This document shows, one piece after another, positions 20,674 through 30,399 of a stretch of DNA of 64,000 bases. The stretch is from Waddliaceae bacterium (lineage in GTDB: Bacteria > Chlamydiota > Chlamydiia > Chlamydiales > Waddliaceae): the NCBI GenBank assembly GCA_963724325.1, contig CAVRUH010000007.1:224001-288000 (forward strand), written 5' to 3'. Under the pieces are notes generated by a model. That model did no database searches, was not told where the DNA came from, and saw only the letters and a list, made by a program, of their open reading frames with translations. The position numbers were made by a program, and so were the translations under genes. The stretch's first letter is position 1. Each line of letters opens with the position of its first letter.

Positions 20674-21825
20674 CTATATTTTTTGCATGCCAGGTTGCAT
20701 GCTTGTCAACATTTGCGTCCAGGTAGAATATAATTGCTGTATGTTTTGTTCCTGACTATTGTAGTCTTGGTCGATTCTGCCTTTGAATGATTGTGTCAAT
20801 TGTATCAAGGCATCAATTAAGGCCTTTTCTGCTTGTAAGGCACCTATATTGGCTTGCGTTACTGCCTGGCCAATGTTTGTTCCCATGCCGGTCAAACTTT
20901 GAACCATAGTATTAAACTGTGACGTTTGGTTTTGTATGTTGGTCACTAACCTATTAGTTCTTTCTGAGACCTTTTGGTCGAAAGCTTCATGTGCTTCAAC
21001 TTTTGCCTTGATGGTAGCGTTCATCAATGGTGGTTCTGTTGGTTGAGGTGGAATAGATCCATGACTATCTGTAAAGTTGCCATGACTATCCAGTTGAGGA
21101 TCCAAAACTTTCATTGCCTCATCTTGCCTTGCTTTATTTTCTGTCAGCCATTTGTTATTTTGGGCCTTGTACTCTATGTACTCTTTAGCAACATCTTCTT
21201 CTGTTTTGCCGCTCGGACTACCATCATGATTATTGAGTTTAGTATCATTATTATATTCTTGATCGTTTTTTAGGCCGTGCCTCTCACTTATGAGTTCATT
21301 TTTTGCTTTGGTATCTACTCCCTTCATCATCTTTGCTGAAACGCCCATGCCAGCAATGGAGGCGCCAAGTCCGACACCGGCCATGACGGCTGAGGTGATG
21401 TATTGGGCTACTTGTTGGTTGGTTGTGGCCATGATATTGGCCGCTTGATCTTTGGCCATGGACATGATCATTTTTGTTAAGTTTGGAGAGATTTTTGTAC
21501 CTTCGAGAAGTTTCATTGAACGCATGACTGTCGACATTGCTGCTAAGGCTATAACTAAGGTAACAGCGACGTTCGCTCCGAGCCATGGGTTGCCTGCATG
21601 TAGCAATTCTTGGTTCGGTGCTGGAATGCCCGGACTGCTTGATTGTGGGACACCTGTCAGCACGATGCTGCCCTGTGACTGCGCAACGCTATCCTTGACG
21701 TTTTGAACCATTGCTTTGGCTTGAGCAGGCGACACGTTTGCAATTTTCGCTAATTGATTCGCCGCAGCTTGTTGTACTGTATCTGGGGTTATTGGAACTC
21801 CCCCTTGGGTTGCATCTATTGGCAT
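20674..21825 (-). CDS. Putative minor translocator (CopD/SctB-like)
   Basis: Hydrophobic segments VAVTLVIALAAM and AVMAGVGLGASIAGMGV; C-terminal amphipathic coiled coil; T3SS context. Confidence 0.55.
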   Translation of the reverse strand: MPIDATQGGVPITPDTVQQAAANQLAKIANVSPAQAKAMVQNVKDSVAQSQGSIVLTGVPQSSSPGIPAPNQELLHAGNPWLGANVAVTLVIALAAMSTVMRSMKLLEGTKISPNLTKMIMSMAKDQAANIMATTNQQVAQYITSAVMAGVGLGASIAGMGVSAKMMKGVDTKAKNELISERHGLKNDQEYNNDTKLNNHDGSPSGKTEEDVAKEYIEYKAQNNKWLTENKARQDEAMKVLDPQLDSHGNFTDSHGSIPPQPTEPPLMNATIKAKVEAHEAFDQKVSERTNRLVTNIQNQTSQFNTMVQSLTGMGTNIGQAVTQANIGALQAEKALIDALIQLTQSFKGRIDQDYNSQEQNIQQLYSTWTQMLTSMQPGMQKI

Positions 21826-21850
21826 AAAATACCTCCTTATTCCTAACTTG

Positions 21851-22639
21851 TTACAATGCCCGGGCTATAGACGTGACGCTTTCGTGTTTTGCGGTCATCG
21901 CGTCTTCTAGGATTCGGGTCATATTGGTCATATCTTTTAAGCCCTTTTCTAGGAGATCGGGGCTGATATTTAAGAGAGCAAGGGTTTCTTTGCATGCATT
22001 TAAAAACGTGTTTATATCGCCCTTCTCGAGGGCAATTTTCCCTTTTTGGATGTCGAGAGTAATTTTATCGGCGTTTCCTTTGGGGACGTGTTGCATTTCA
22101 TTAAGGAATGAGCCTAGAATATTGAGACTTTTGTCGATATAGCCTGAAAAGTCTTCGATAAGTCTTCCATCGTCTTTTGAGATTGTTTGTATCATCAGCA
22201 AAAGGGCGGTGAGTTTGAGGGTTTCTGCGATAATTTTCTGGTTCTTTTCGTTGGTGTCTGTTGTTTTGGCGACTTCATTGAATACGATGGATAGCAAATC
22301 GGTGGAAATCAGCATGTGCATGGCGACATCAAAAGAGAATTTCTTTGCTCGCATTTTTTCGTTTTCTTCTTTTCCTGGGAAATTTCCTAGCCCATGTTCC
22401 AATAGGACCAGTGCTGAGGCAACTGCAGTGAAGATAGCTTTGATGGCCACGTTTGAAAAGAGCATTCGGCTTCCGTAGTTGGGGACTCCTAGGCGCCCCT
22501 TTCTCTTTTTCTCTATGCAGGCATCTACTTTTTTGATGAGATCGTTGATATCATTTTTTGTGCATTCATTTTTGGGAGCATCAATTCCATATTTCTTAAG
22601 CAGTCTCAATAGATCTGGTGCTAGTTTCTTTGTTTTCAT
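21851..22639 (-). CDS. Hypothetical protein in the T3SS cluster
   Basis: 262-aa ORF; ATGA overlap with the upstream gene. Confidence 0.65.
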   Translation of the reverse strand: MKTKKLAPDLLRLLKKYGIDAPKNECTKNDINDLIKKVDACIEKKRKGRLGVPNYGSRMLFSNVAIKAIFTAVASALVLLEHGLGNFPGKEENEKMRAKKFSFDVAMHMLISTDLLSIVFNEVAKTTDTNEKNQKIIAETLKLTALLLMIQTISKDDGRLIEDFSGYIDKSLNILGSFLNEMQHVPKGNADKITLDIQKGKIALEKGDINTFLNACKETLALLNISPDLLEKGLKDMTNMTRILEDAMTAKHESVTSIARAL

Positions 22640-23571
22640 GAGTTCCCCATTGCCTGCAATCGGCCTTTGAGATCATTAAGTTCATTTAATTCTGTTCTTG
22701 TTCCAAATTCCATTGATTGATTGAGTCCATCGACGATGCTTTTTCCGATGGTATTGAATGTGCCGCTTTGGGCGGTATTAGCAATTTCAGTCCCTAAAAG
22801 CAGGCTAGGATTCGGGCTAGTCATCGAAGCGGTGACGACAGCCAGCATGTGGGACATATCGGTGACGATGTTGAATTCTTTTCGGTTTTCGTCTTTTTTA
22901 ACTGATTCTAGAATTTGTTGGGCAGAGTTCGAAATTTCTTTAAATCCTTCCGTAACACCTTTGTTGAGCTGTGAAACTAGGTCGTTGAGTTGTTTAATGG
23001 CGCTTGAGACTTCATCATTACGAGCAGAGAAGCTTGTAAGGGACTGCAAAGCGTTGGCGGTTGTTTCGATGCCCGATTTTAGGGCCACTTGAGGTAGGAG
23101 TTGGTTCATTCGATTTTGAATTGTTGCCGGTGTTCCGGGGGCGGGTGGAACGGCGGCGCTTTCGGCCCAGTCGATGAATTTTGCCGTTGTCGATAGGGCT
23201 TCATTGAGGACTACGTAATTGGGATTTCTGGAGAGGAGCGGCTTGTTGTTTTCGCTTGCGAGCTGATCTTTGATAATAGATGGCAGGCTTTTGACAAGTT
23301 CTTCATATATTGGGATGGATGTATTGCCTGAAGCGGCTTGACCTAGTTCTCCCATTCTATCATGCGCCATAGGCTTAAGGAGCGGGTCTTTCGGCGCTGA
23401 TTTGTAGACATCCTTTTCCTCTTGTTTGATGAATGGCAAAATTTCATAGGTCTCTTGAGGTACAATATTGATCTCGGCCTTTGTCGTTTGGACAAAAGCA
23501 GTCGTCTCCATCTCCCTAATTTGGGGAGGTACTGAAGATCCTGCAATGCCTGGTCCTGCGCCGATTCCCAT
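22636..23571 (-). CDS. Hypothetical protein in the T3SS cluster; probable secreted substrate
   Basis: 311-aa ORF with a low-complexity N-terminus, directly after an SycD gene. Confidence 0.65.
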   Translation of the reverse strand: MGIGAGPGIAGSSVPPQIREMETTAFVQTTKAEINIVPQETYEILPFIKQEEKDVYKSAPKDPLLKPMAHDRMGELGQAASGNTSIPIYEELVKSLPSIIKDQLASENNKPLLSRNPNYVVLNEALSTTAKFIDWAESAAVPPAPGTPATIQNRMNQLLPQVALKSGIETTANALQSLTSFSARNDEVSSAIKQLNDLVSQLNKGVTEGFKEISNSAQQILESVKKDENRKEFNIVTDMSHMLAVVTASMTSPNPSLLLGTEIANTAQSGTFNTIGKSIVDGLNQSMEFGTRTELNELNDLKGRLQAMGNS

Positions 23572-23574
23572 ATT

Positions 23575-24141
23575 TTATTTTTTCACCTTTTCTGTTTTTT
23601 TAAGGTCTTTTTCTAATTTTTTAAGTTCTGCAGATGCTCGCTCCTTAAGCATGGAATATTCCTTCCTATTACCACAGCGTTCAATGGACACTTTGAGCAT
23701 CATAGTAGCTGCAAGAGGTTGATTGAGCTTCATATAGCAATCTGAGCTATAGTAGTGTGGAAGTGGGTCCTTCATCTCTAACATCGCCCAAGTCATGTAG
23801 TAAACAATTGCAAGATCGTAATCTTTAAGGTGGTGGGTCGTTGCTGCAACGGCTGCGAGAAATCTATGGTCTTCGGGTTCGAAAGAGGAGAGGGCTACGA
23901 AAATGTTTTTTGCTTCCTTGTATTTACCTGCCTTGAATAGTATATGACCCTGGTTATAGATCTTTTCTAAGTGATGCTTTTCGAGTCCTATAGCTGAAGC
24001 CATTGATTTTTCTTTAAGAGCAACTTGCACGAGAAGCTCCTCGTATTTTTTCTTTTCTGCATTCGAAAATTTTGACATGTGTTCTGCCACGGCATCTTTA
24101 GCTACTTTTTTTAATTCTTCTTTTATTTCCGCATCATTCAT
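23575..24141 (-). CDS. SycD/LcrH family TPR chaperone
   Basis: LEKIYNQGHILFKAGKYKEA...PLPHYYSSDCY. Confidence 0.88.
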   Translation of the reverse strand: MNDAEIKEELKKVAKDAVAEHMSKFSNAEKKKYEELLVQVALKEKSMASAIGLEKHHLEKIYNQGHILFKAGKYKEAKNIFVALSSFEPEDHRFLAAVAATTHHLKDYDLAIVYYMTWAMLEMKDPLPHYYSSDCYMKLNQPLAATMMLKVSIERCGNRKEYSMLKERASAELKKLEKDLKKTEKVKK

Positions 24142-24156
24142 TTTTTTTCTCCTATT

Positions 24157-27021
24157 TTATGCTGCATTTGCAATACTTGTAGCTGCTTGAGACAAACCTT
24201 GCCAGTATTTGTTCTGTGAATCACTGATGTTTTTCATCCAATTTGCATCGTTGTTAAGACCTGACAGCAGTTTGTCTAAAACGTTTTGTAAAACTTGAAG
24301 CATAGCTTCCAACTTTGCCACATAGGCTTCCATTTCACCCTTCTGTTGAGCGGCTTGCGCTTCACCTACGTTTTGAATTATTGAACCGACGGATGAAGCA
24401 GCCTGTGCCACTGTGCCTGCTACGTTTACAACCAGTTGTACCTTAGTGAATTTGGACATTCCTTCAGCACTATCACGTGTTGCGCCTTGTACAGTGTCGA
24501 AATATCCTTGGACAACCTTTGCAAATTTTGGCCCAATTTTTTCAGCGGCTTTGACGATTGTATCCATCATCTTCTGAGCAACTTCTGTGATTTTATCCAA
24601 AATTTTCGATACTGTGCCTACTATTTTTGGTAAAAGCTGTGCAACTTTGGCGGCCATTTCTGCCATGACGCCAGCTAAAGCACCGCCACCTGATAATATG
24701 ATCTGTACGGCCAAAATAACAGCTTGGAAGGCTAATCCCATAGCCATATTGGCTATTTGAGCCGCGCTATCTGTTGCTCCGCACGCTGTTAGGAAGTTCG
24801 TAAGGCAATTAGAGTCCGAAAATAATAATTTACTAAATACCATGACGTTGCCTGTCATTGAGATAGCAGTAACGAGCATAAATTTGAGGGCGGAGGCTAT
24901 TCCATCAGCCACTGATTTGGGTTTGATGCTGTTTTCAAGGCCTGTTGTAATTGCATTAAACATTTGTTGAAATAAGCCTTGTCCCTGATTGTTGGTGGCT
25001 GCCACGATGTCGTCTGCAACCAATACCGGAAGCAGGAAGGGAAGCATTGCTCCGCCAGTGAAGACAATCATCAGGGCTTCAAAAACTTTACCCAAAGGAC
25101 CCAAAGCCGCAAGTTGTGCCATTTTTTTCTCATTAGCTCTGTTTGTAAGCATTTCTTGCTTTTGTTTGGCAACTTCATCGAGCTTCATCGCGAGTTTTGC
25201 TTTACTTTGGACCTGGGCGTTTTGAGAGTCTTGAACTTCCATTGAGCTAATTTGGCTCTTTAATTCCGAAATGGCTTCTGAAACTATTTTGATTGCATTC
25301 ATGTAGGATGTCCCTTGAGCATTAGGATGTGTTGCAGCATATTGGGCAGCTAGTTGATTGACGATATCTTTTGCTGTGTCTAGGCCCGCAAACATCGTCG
25401 TGTAGGTATTGAGTGTTGCAGGTGCAACATTTGGGGTCCAATTTGCTGGAAGGCCAAAGGTGCTTTGTACTGAGCTAAGCGCTTGCCCAAATGTAGAATC
25501 GATAACTTTTGCCATGGCTGGATCAAGAGTAGCCATTTGATTTGGGTCAGCAAGGGCTCCTTTAATTTGAGCAAATTGCGGGGTCGTTAAAGGAAGAGAA
25601 CGCAGATTGCTTTGGAAATCTTGAACAAAGTTGCCTTGTAGTTTGGAGTCATTCATAAACTGACCTGAGACAATAGGGAAACCTTGAGGAATGTTCATCT
25701 GTTGTGTTGTCAAGGTGGTTGCTGCATCGACAACGGATTTTACTTGAGGGTTAGTAACAGCGCCAGGATGGTTGAAGAGAAAGACGGCGCCCTGAATTTG
25801 CGGCGGGGTCATTCCTGCCTTGGCTCCCAAGGTTGCAATGTGGGCTTCGACTGCAGAGTTGAACTTATTGCTTATACCTACCTGAAAGGCATGGCTATCC
25901 ACAGGAGGCTTAGCGCCATTGGGGGGCATATCAAGGAGCTTGCCAAATTTTCCGAGTGCGGAAGCATCAGTTTTTTGAAGCAAATCACTCACTGCAGGAT
26001 CGGCAAACTGAGGAAAATAGTGGGCCATTTGGAGTTTGGCAACAGTTTCTGGGCTCTCTTTTAATTGTCCTACGGCATCTTCAAAGGCTGAATCATAGGA
26101 AGCTGACAGGGTTTTAATTTGATCTAAAGTGTCTTTTAAGGGGACTTTAAGGTCGCCCGTTTTGGGGCTAAATTCGAAATTGGTAATCTGTCCGGAACTA
26201 ATGGCTACAGGGACCATGCCATCTTGGGCGCTTAGCATGTCATTGATTTGATTACTCATTTTCTGAGCTAATCCGGGCAAGTCGACACCGGTATCTTTCA
26301 TCATTTGAAGCATCTTTTGCGAATCTTGAGCTGGAGTTGTTCCAATATTTGCTCCGATAGGGTTTCCTTTTGCCAAGTTATCCAATTGGGCCTGCAGGTC
26401 GTTTAGGTTTCCTTTGGTTAACTGTTCTTTTAAAGCTTGAATGGCTTCTTTTTGCTTTCCTTGGGGCATTTTAGAGGCTATATCATCTAAAGCAGCACCT
26501 GCGGTATTGGCATCTTGACCGAATTTTTTTGAGCTCTCATCCGCTTTTTTTAGGACGCTGCCCCATGTTGGTATATTTGGAAATTTTGCTTTGAGTTGAT
26601 CGGACATCTTTTTAGTGAATGCTTCCGCAAGTTTCCTAATGGAAGGATCGCCCCCTGGGGCATCAGGATTATGGATCACATACAATAATTCATTTTTTTC
26701 CGTATCTGTAAGCCCGGCGCTGACATCTTGATAATTTAGGGAAAAATTCTGGCTATAGACATCATTATAGGACGGAGGCAGAACGAGCGGCTGATGAGGA
26801 ATATCACTGGCATCTCGATCAGGTTTAGGAAGAACAGGCTGGCTGGGGTTTAAATTCTCGGTGCCAGTAAGTAAAACATCCGTTGTCGTAATAGTATCAA
26901 CAATGGTTCCATTGACTTTTTCCAGCCGAAGAGCTGCCTGAGGGTCGGTCGTAGAATCAGTTCCTTGTAAAGGCAGCTGCGTCTGATTTGGACTTATATT
27001 ACTATTTATAGCGCCCATCAT
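24157..27021 (-). CDS. Major translocator CopB/SctE-like (954 aa) with a long N-terminal extension
   Basis: C-terminal third has a coiled coil, several hydrophobic segments and a terminal coiled coil; flanked by two SycD genes. Confidence 0.7.
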   Translation of the reverse strand: MMGAINSNISPNQTQLPLQGTDSTTDPQAALRLEKVNGTIVDTITTTDVLLTGTENLNPSQPVLPKPDRDASDIPHQPLVLPPSYNDVYSQNFSLNYQDVSAGLTDTEKNELLYVIHNPDAPGGDPSIRKLAEAFTKKMSDQLKAKFPNIPTWGSVLKKADESSKKFGQDANTAGAALDDIASKMPQGKQKEAIQALKEQLTKGNLNDLQAQLDNLAKGNPIGANIGTTPAQDSQKMLQMMKDTGVDLPGLAQKMSNQINDMLSAQDGMVPVAISSGQITNFEFSPKTGDLKVPLKDTLDQIKTLSASYDSAFEDAVGQLKESPETVAKLQMAHYFPQFADPAVSDLLQKTDASALGKFGKLLDMPPNGAKPPVDSHAFQVGISNKFNSAVEAHIATLGAKAGMTPPQIQGAVFLFNHPGAVTNPQVKSVVDAATTLTTQQMNIPQGFPIVSGQFMNDSKLQGNFVQDFQSNLRSLPLTTPQFAQIKGALADPNQMATLDPAMAKVIDSTFGQALSSVQSTFGLPANWTPNVAPATLNTYTTMFAGLDTAKDIVNQLAAQYAATHPNAQGTSYMNAIKIVSEAISELKSQISSMEVQDSQNAQVQSKAKLAMKLDEVAKQKQEMLTNRANEKKMAQLAALGPLGKVFEALMIVFTGGAMLPFLLPVLVADDIVAATNNQGQGLFQQMFNAITTGLENSIKPKSVADGIASALKFMLVTAISMTGNVMVFSKLLFSDSNCLTNFLTACGATDSAAQIANMAMGLAFQAVILAVQIILSGGGALAGVMAEMAAKVAQLLPKIVGTVSKILDKITEVAQKMMDTIVKAAEKIGPKFAKVVQGYFDTVQGATRDSAEGMSKFTKVQLVVNVAGTVAQAASSVGSIIQNVGEAQAAQQKGEMEAYVAKLEAMLQVLQNVLDKLLSGLNNDANWMKNISDSQNKYWQGLSQAATSIANAA

Positions 27022-27083
27022 TTAACTCCGAGCTTATAAAATTTTATTAACAACAAACAAAATTTAACTAAACAATTTCAAAT

Positions 27084-27656
27084 TTATTTCTTTTTATGTT
27101 TTGCTTTAATTTCATTCTTTTTTGCATCTTCTTTATTCATCTCTTTTTTTAGGCTTTCAATTGTAAGAAGGGCACGGTCCTTTAATGCCTGATATTCGCC
27201 TTTGATCCCTGCACGCTTCACAGCCATTTCCAATGCGACAATCGATGATGTAATATCTTTCATCTCCAGGTAGCAATCCGAAGCATGGTAAAAGGGGACT
27301 GGACTCTCAGGGTCCATCACCCCGCACAACGTATAAGTGCTTACCGCCGCCTGGTATTCCTTCATCATGTGGAAGCATGCTGCTAATCCCATCGTATATT
27401 TCGCCTGGGTTGAATCCATCATGATAAGCAAACGAAACAACTCCGAAGCTTCCTTGTACTTTCCTGTGTTATATAAACGATAGGCCTGGCCATATACACC
27501 CTCGACCATAGCATCGCTCATTCCGAGCGCATTCTTTGGCAAGAATTCCTTGGACATAACGTCCTCAGTAACCCTGCCAAAGCTTTTTTCAATTCGACTC
27601 GATGCACCCGCTCCAACAGCGGCCACTGCCCGTTTGATTTCTTTCTCTTCTGACAT
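27084..27656 (-). CDS. SycD/LcrH family TPR chaperone
   Basis: EGVYGQAYRLYNTGKYKEA...MGLAACFHMMKEY...PVPFYHASDCY. Confidence 0.92.
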   Translation of the reverse strand: MSEEKEIKRAVAAVGAGASSRIEKSFGRVTEDVMSKEFLPKNALGMSDAMVEGVYGQAYRLYNTGKYKEASELFRLLIMMDSTQAKYTMGLAACFHMMKEYQAAVSTYTLCGVMDPESPVPFYHASDCYLEMKDITSSIVALEMAVKRAGIKGEYQALKDRALLTIESLKKEMNKEDAKKNEIKAKHKKK

Positions 27657-27676
27657 CTGCTACCTCCGATCTCATC

Positions 27677-28837
27677 CTAATGGAATAACGATGATGTTAT
27701 TGTTCCCAACTCTTGCAAGATCGTTGTCGCGATCGTTGTCTGCTGGTTGGCAATGTTCTGGCTTTGGTTAACAACTGACTGCATAGCTTGTGCCTGGTCG
27801 CCAACGTCACTGCGCAACGCTTGTACCGTTTCAGATATTGATTGCATTCTTGTCGTTAAGTCTTGACGAGCACTAGTTTTCTGACCCTGGTTTCCACTAC
27901 CCGAACCCACTTCAGTACCGTCACCTTGTGTAAAGGTAGGTATCTGTGATAACAGGTTCGTGTATGCCGATTGCCATTGGGTTAAGAAGTTAAGTCTCTG
28001 TGCTTGTGATGCTGATATATTCTGTGTAATACCTATCAGCTGCACTAACAATGATAATATCTGGTTGATGACTGCTACTTTATTCGTATTTGCAGTTGTA
28101 ACTGATGTGGCATTCGCAGCTGCATATTGTGATGTGACAGCTGTAGCCCAATCATTAAACATCTGGCTTGGAATAAAATATCCATTTGCTGGATTGCCGC
28201 TGCCAGTTTTTGTCAGTTCTGCGGTGTAAAACTGATTAAACGCTGCCTGAAACTGAGCAGGCGTGCTGTTAGGGAAATAGGCCTGATAAATTTCCTGGTA
28301 TGATGGCACAGATGTGCTTGAGGACGATTGCACAACAGCAGTTTGCGTCATGAAATTGGTCCAATTAGTGACAAATTGCGCAGGCGTTCCCAAAGTGGGC
28401 TGTGCTTTATTGGAGTAAGGATAACTCGCCAAAAAGGCACTCATCGAGGACTCAAATTGTGCTTGCATCTGCGCATCTGTAGGAGGTGGGGTTACTAAAT
28501 CAGCAAAGTCTCCTGTGTCATTAGGACTGCCGGTTGTGATTCCCAAAGTCTGTTGATAGGAAGCGTAAAACGTATTTATAAAGGCATTATAATTGGCGGT
28601 TCCATTGGTTGGGTCTTGTGTTAGGAAAGAGTAAAGCATACCGTTTAACGAAGTTGGTACATAATTTCCGAATGTCTGATATGAACTAGTTTGATTGCTT
28701 GCGATATTATTGATAACTGTTGCTAAGACCGGACTCACCGTAGGTACAGCCGCGGCGACCTGCTCATTAAGATTGGATAGGTTTGCCACAAAAGGGTAAG
28801 CCTGACCGTTGATTACTACTGGGGTTGGACTAGACAT
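27677..28837 (-). CDS. Gln/Thr/Ser/Ala-rich putative T3SS-secreted protein with a C-terminal coiled coil
   Basis: 386 aa, few charged residues; AGGAGG RBS. Confidence 0.7.
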   Translation of the reverse strand: MSSPTPVVINGQAYPFVANLSNLNEQVAAAVPTVSPVLATVINNIASNQTSSYQTFGNYVPTSLNGMLYSFLTQDPTNGTANYNAFINTFYASYQQTLGITTGSPNDTGDFADLVTPPPTDAQMQAQFESSMSAFLASYPYSNKAQPTLGTPAQFVTNWTNFMTQTAVVQSSSSTSVPSYQEIYQAYFPNSTPAQFQAAFNQFYTAELTKTGSGNPANGYFIPSQMFNDWATAVTSQYAAANATSVTTANTNKVAVINQILSLLVQLIGITQNISASQAQRLNFLTQWQSAYTNLLSQIPTFTQGDGTEVGSGSGNQGQKTSARQDLTTRMQSISETVQALRSDVGDQAQAMQSVVNQSQNIANQQTTIATTILQELGTITSSLFH

Positions 28838-28864
28838 ATTGCCTCCTGATTACTAAAATTGTTA

Positions 28865-30325
28865 CTATTTCTGCGATATTCCCTGTGCGAAATGTTGGAT
28901 GAGTTGAGTTAAACTTGTCAATATCGCAGCTGCTGACTGATAAAACTGTTGGAACACGAACAAATACTGCTGTGTCTGCTGTTGCTGTTGGTTATTCAAG
29001 TTTTCGCCAGAAGTTATCGCATTGTTAATTCCCGTCTGTATAGTACCTGCAGCTCCTGTGGCAGCATTTGGAGAATTGCTATAGTTATCCAACAACCAGA
29101 TTTTAACCGCATTTGGCAGTACATTACGTTGGATAGGCACAACTACGAATGATACATTATATGCTGCCGAAATCTGATTCGGAAATAATTTAAGACCATT
29201 AAGTGCAGGGTTTCCTTGTTGAGTTCCATAAAGGTTAGCATAATATAACGCTAAATTATACTGGCTAAACGTTAATGAAGCCGGTGCACCTGAAAGGGCA
29301 CCGGAAATCAAATTGTAAACACTCGATTGTGTCATCGTTGGTCCGGCTGCCGCTGCATTTAATGCTGTATTCATTCCGCTATAAACAACTCTTAATTGAC
29401 CTAGCAGTGACTGAGAGTTACTTAGAGCTCCCACTGAAGTTTGGCCAGCTAATGTTGAAATCTCAAGACGTATTTGGTCGCGTAACTGCAAAAATTGAAC
29501 TACGGCCGGCGTATAGGCACCCGTTGCCGCAAGCGCTGAGGTCATAGATGGGGTCAATTCAGGAGTAATTGCACTAAAGTGTGCTGAAGCAATGCCTTGG
29601 ATCTGTTCCAAGAACAGTGACACACCGCCGATTTGCGACTTAGTCCAGAAGACACCTGCAGCTTTATGCGCACTCAAAGACAATGCAAGACGGCCAGAAA
29701 TACCCGTAATTATGTTCACGGCTGAAGGAAAGGTGTTTTTATTAACAACGGTAATTTGGTTGTGCAAAGTTTGCAATTGATTCAACGTAGTCAACACGCT
29801 TGAAGTAGCACTCAAAGCACTTTGCAATTGACCAAGATTATCGGAAATGATTTCATTTCCAGTATTGACGTATACGAGTTCCACAAGGGCCTGCAACGAC
29901 TGGTTTCCTGCCGTACCTGAATAGTTGGCTCCTGTCAAAGCTGTTCCAGTAACTGAACTCGTCGCAAAGGCTTGGTCCTGCCATGCTTGTAATTGTGCTT
30001 GTGTAACGGTTACTGCACCTGGACCCGAAGGTTGAATGCCGGCTGCTGTAAACGTGGCGTATACCTGACTTAACGCCTGTCCCATCGGCAGGCTCATTTG
30101 CCCTGATGCAGCTAAAGAGTTCAATCCATTAATACTAGCAGAAACATTCGCAGCATCTGCGCTAGTTGGCGTATACGTTCCTCCATTATTGAGAAAGTTA
30201 ATAAACGTACCAATATAAGCTGTGTAACTTGCTGCGGCCGCCGCTGCTGCCACTTCAGGTTGTGCCTGATACTGCACTCCACCGATAGTTACATTAACTA
30301 GGTCGACTGGTGTTGGGGTTGACAT
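28865..30325 (-). CDS. Ala/Thr/Ser/Gln-rich putative T3SS-secreted protein with a C-terminal amphipathic helix
   Basis: 486 aa; N-terminus MSTPTPV resembles the neighbour's MSSPTPV; AGGAGG RBS. Confidence 0.7.
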   Translation of the reverse strand: MSTPTPVDLVNVTIGGVQYQAQPEVAAAAAAASYTAYIGTFINFLNNGGTYTPTSADAANVSASINGLNSLAASGQMSLPMGQALSQVYATFTAAGIQPSGPGAVTVTQAQLQAWQDQAFATSSVTGTALTGANYSGTAGNQSLQALVELVYVNTGNEIISDNLGQLQSALSATSSVLTTLNQLQTLHNQITVVNKNTFPSAVNIITGISGRLALSLSAHKAAGVFWTKSQIGGVSLFLEQIQGIASAHFSAITPELTPSMTSALAATGAYTPAVVQFLQLRDQIRLEISTLAGQTSVGALSNSQSLLGQLRVVYSGMNTALNAAAAGPTMTQSSVYNLISGALSGAPASLTFSQYNLALYYANLYGTQQGNPALNGLKLFPNQISAAYNVSFVVVPIQRNVLPNAVKIWLLDNYSNSPNAATGAAGTIQTGINNAITSGENLNNQQQQQTQQYLFVFQQFYQSAAAILTSLTQLIQHFAQGISQK

Positions 30326-30351
30326 ATATTGCCTCCTATACCTCTATTCTC

Positions 30352-30380
30352 ATTATACATAATTTTTATTTTAATTGCAA
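30352..30380 (-). promoter_or_regulatory. Near-consensus sigma66/sigma70 promoter for the 30325-start gene and downstream T3SS genes
   Basis: Minus strand TTGCAA-17 bp-TATAAT. Confidence 0.7.
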
Positions 30381-30399
30381 CCATGGAACTAACATTTCC

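Noticed and set aside
21851..23571. One frameshifted gene split into two ORFs
   Set aside because: The ATGA overlap with a GGGG purine tract upstream fits translational coupling; cannot be excluded without homologues.
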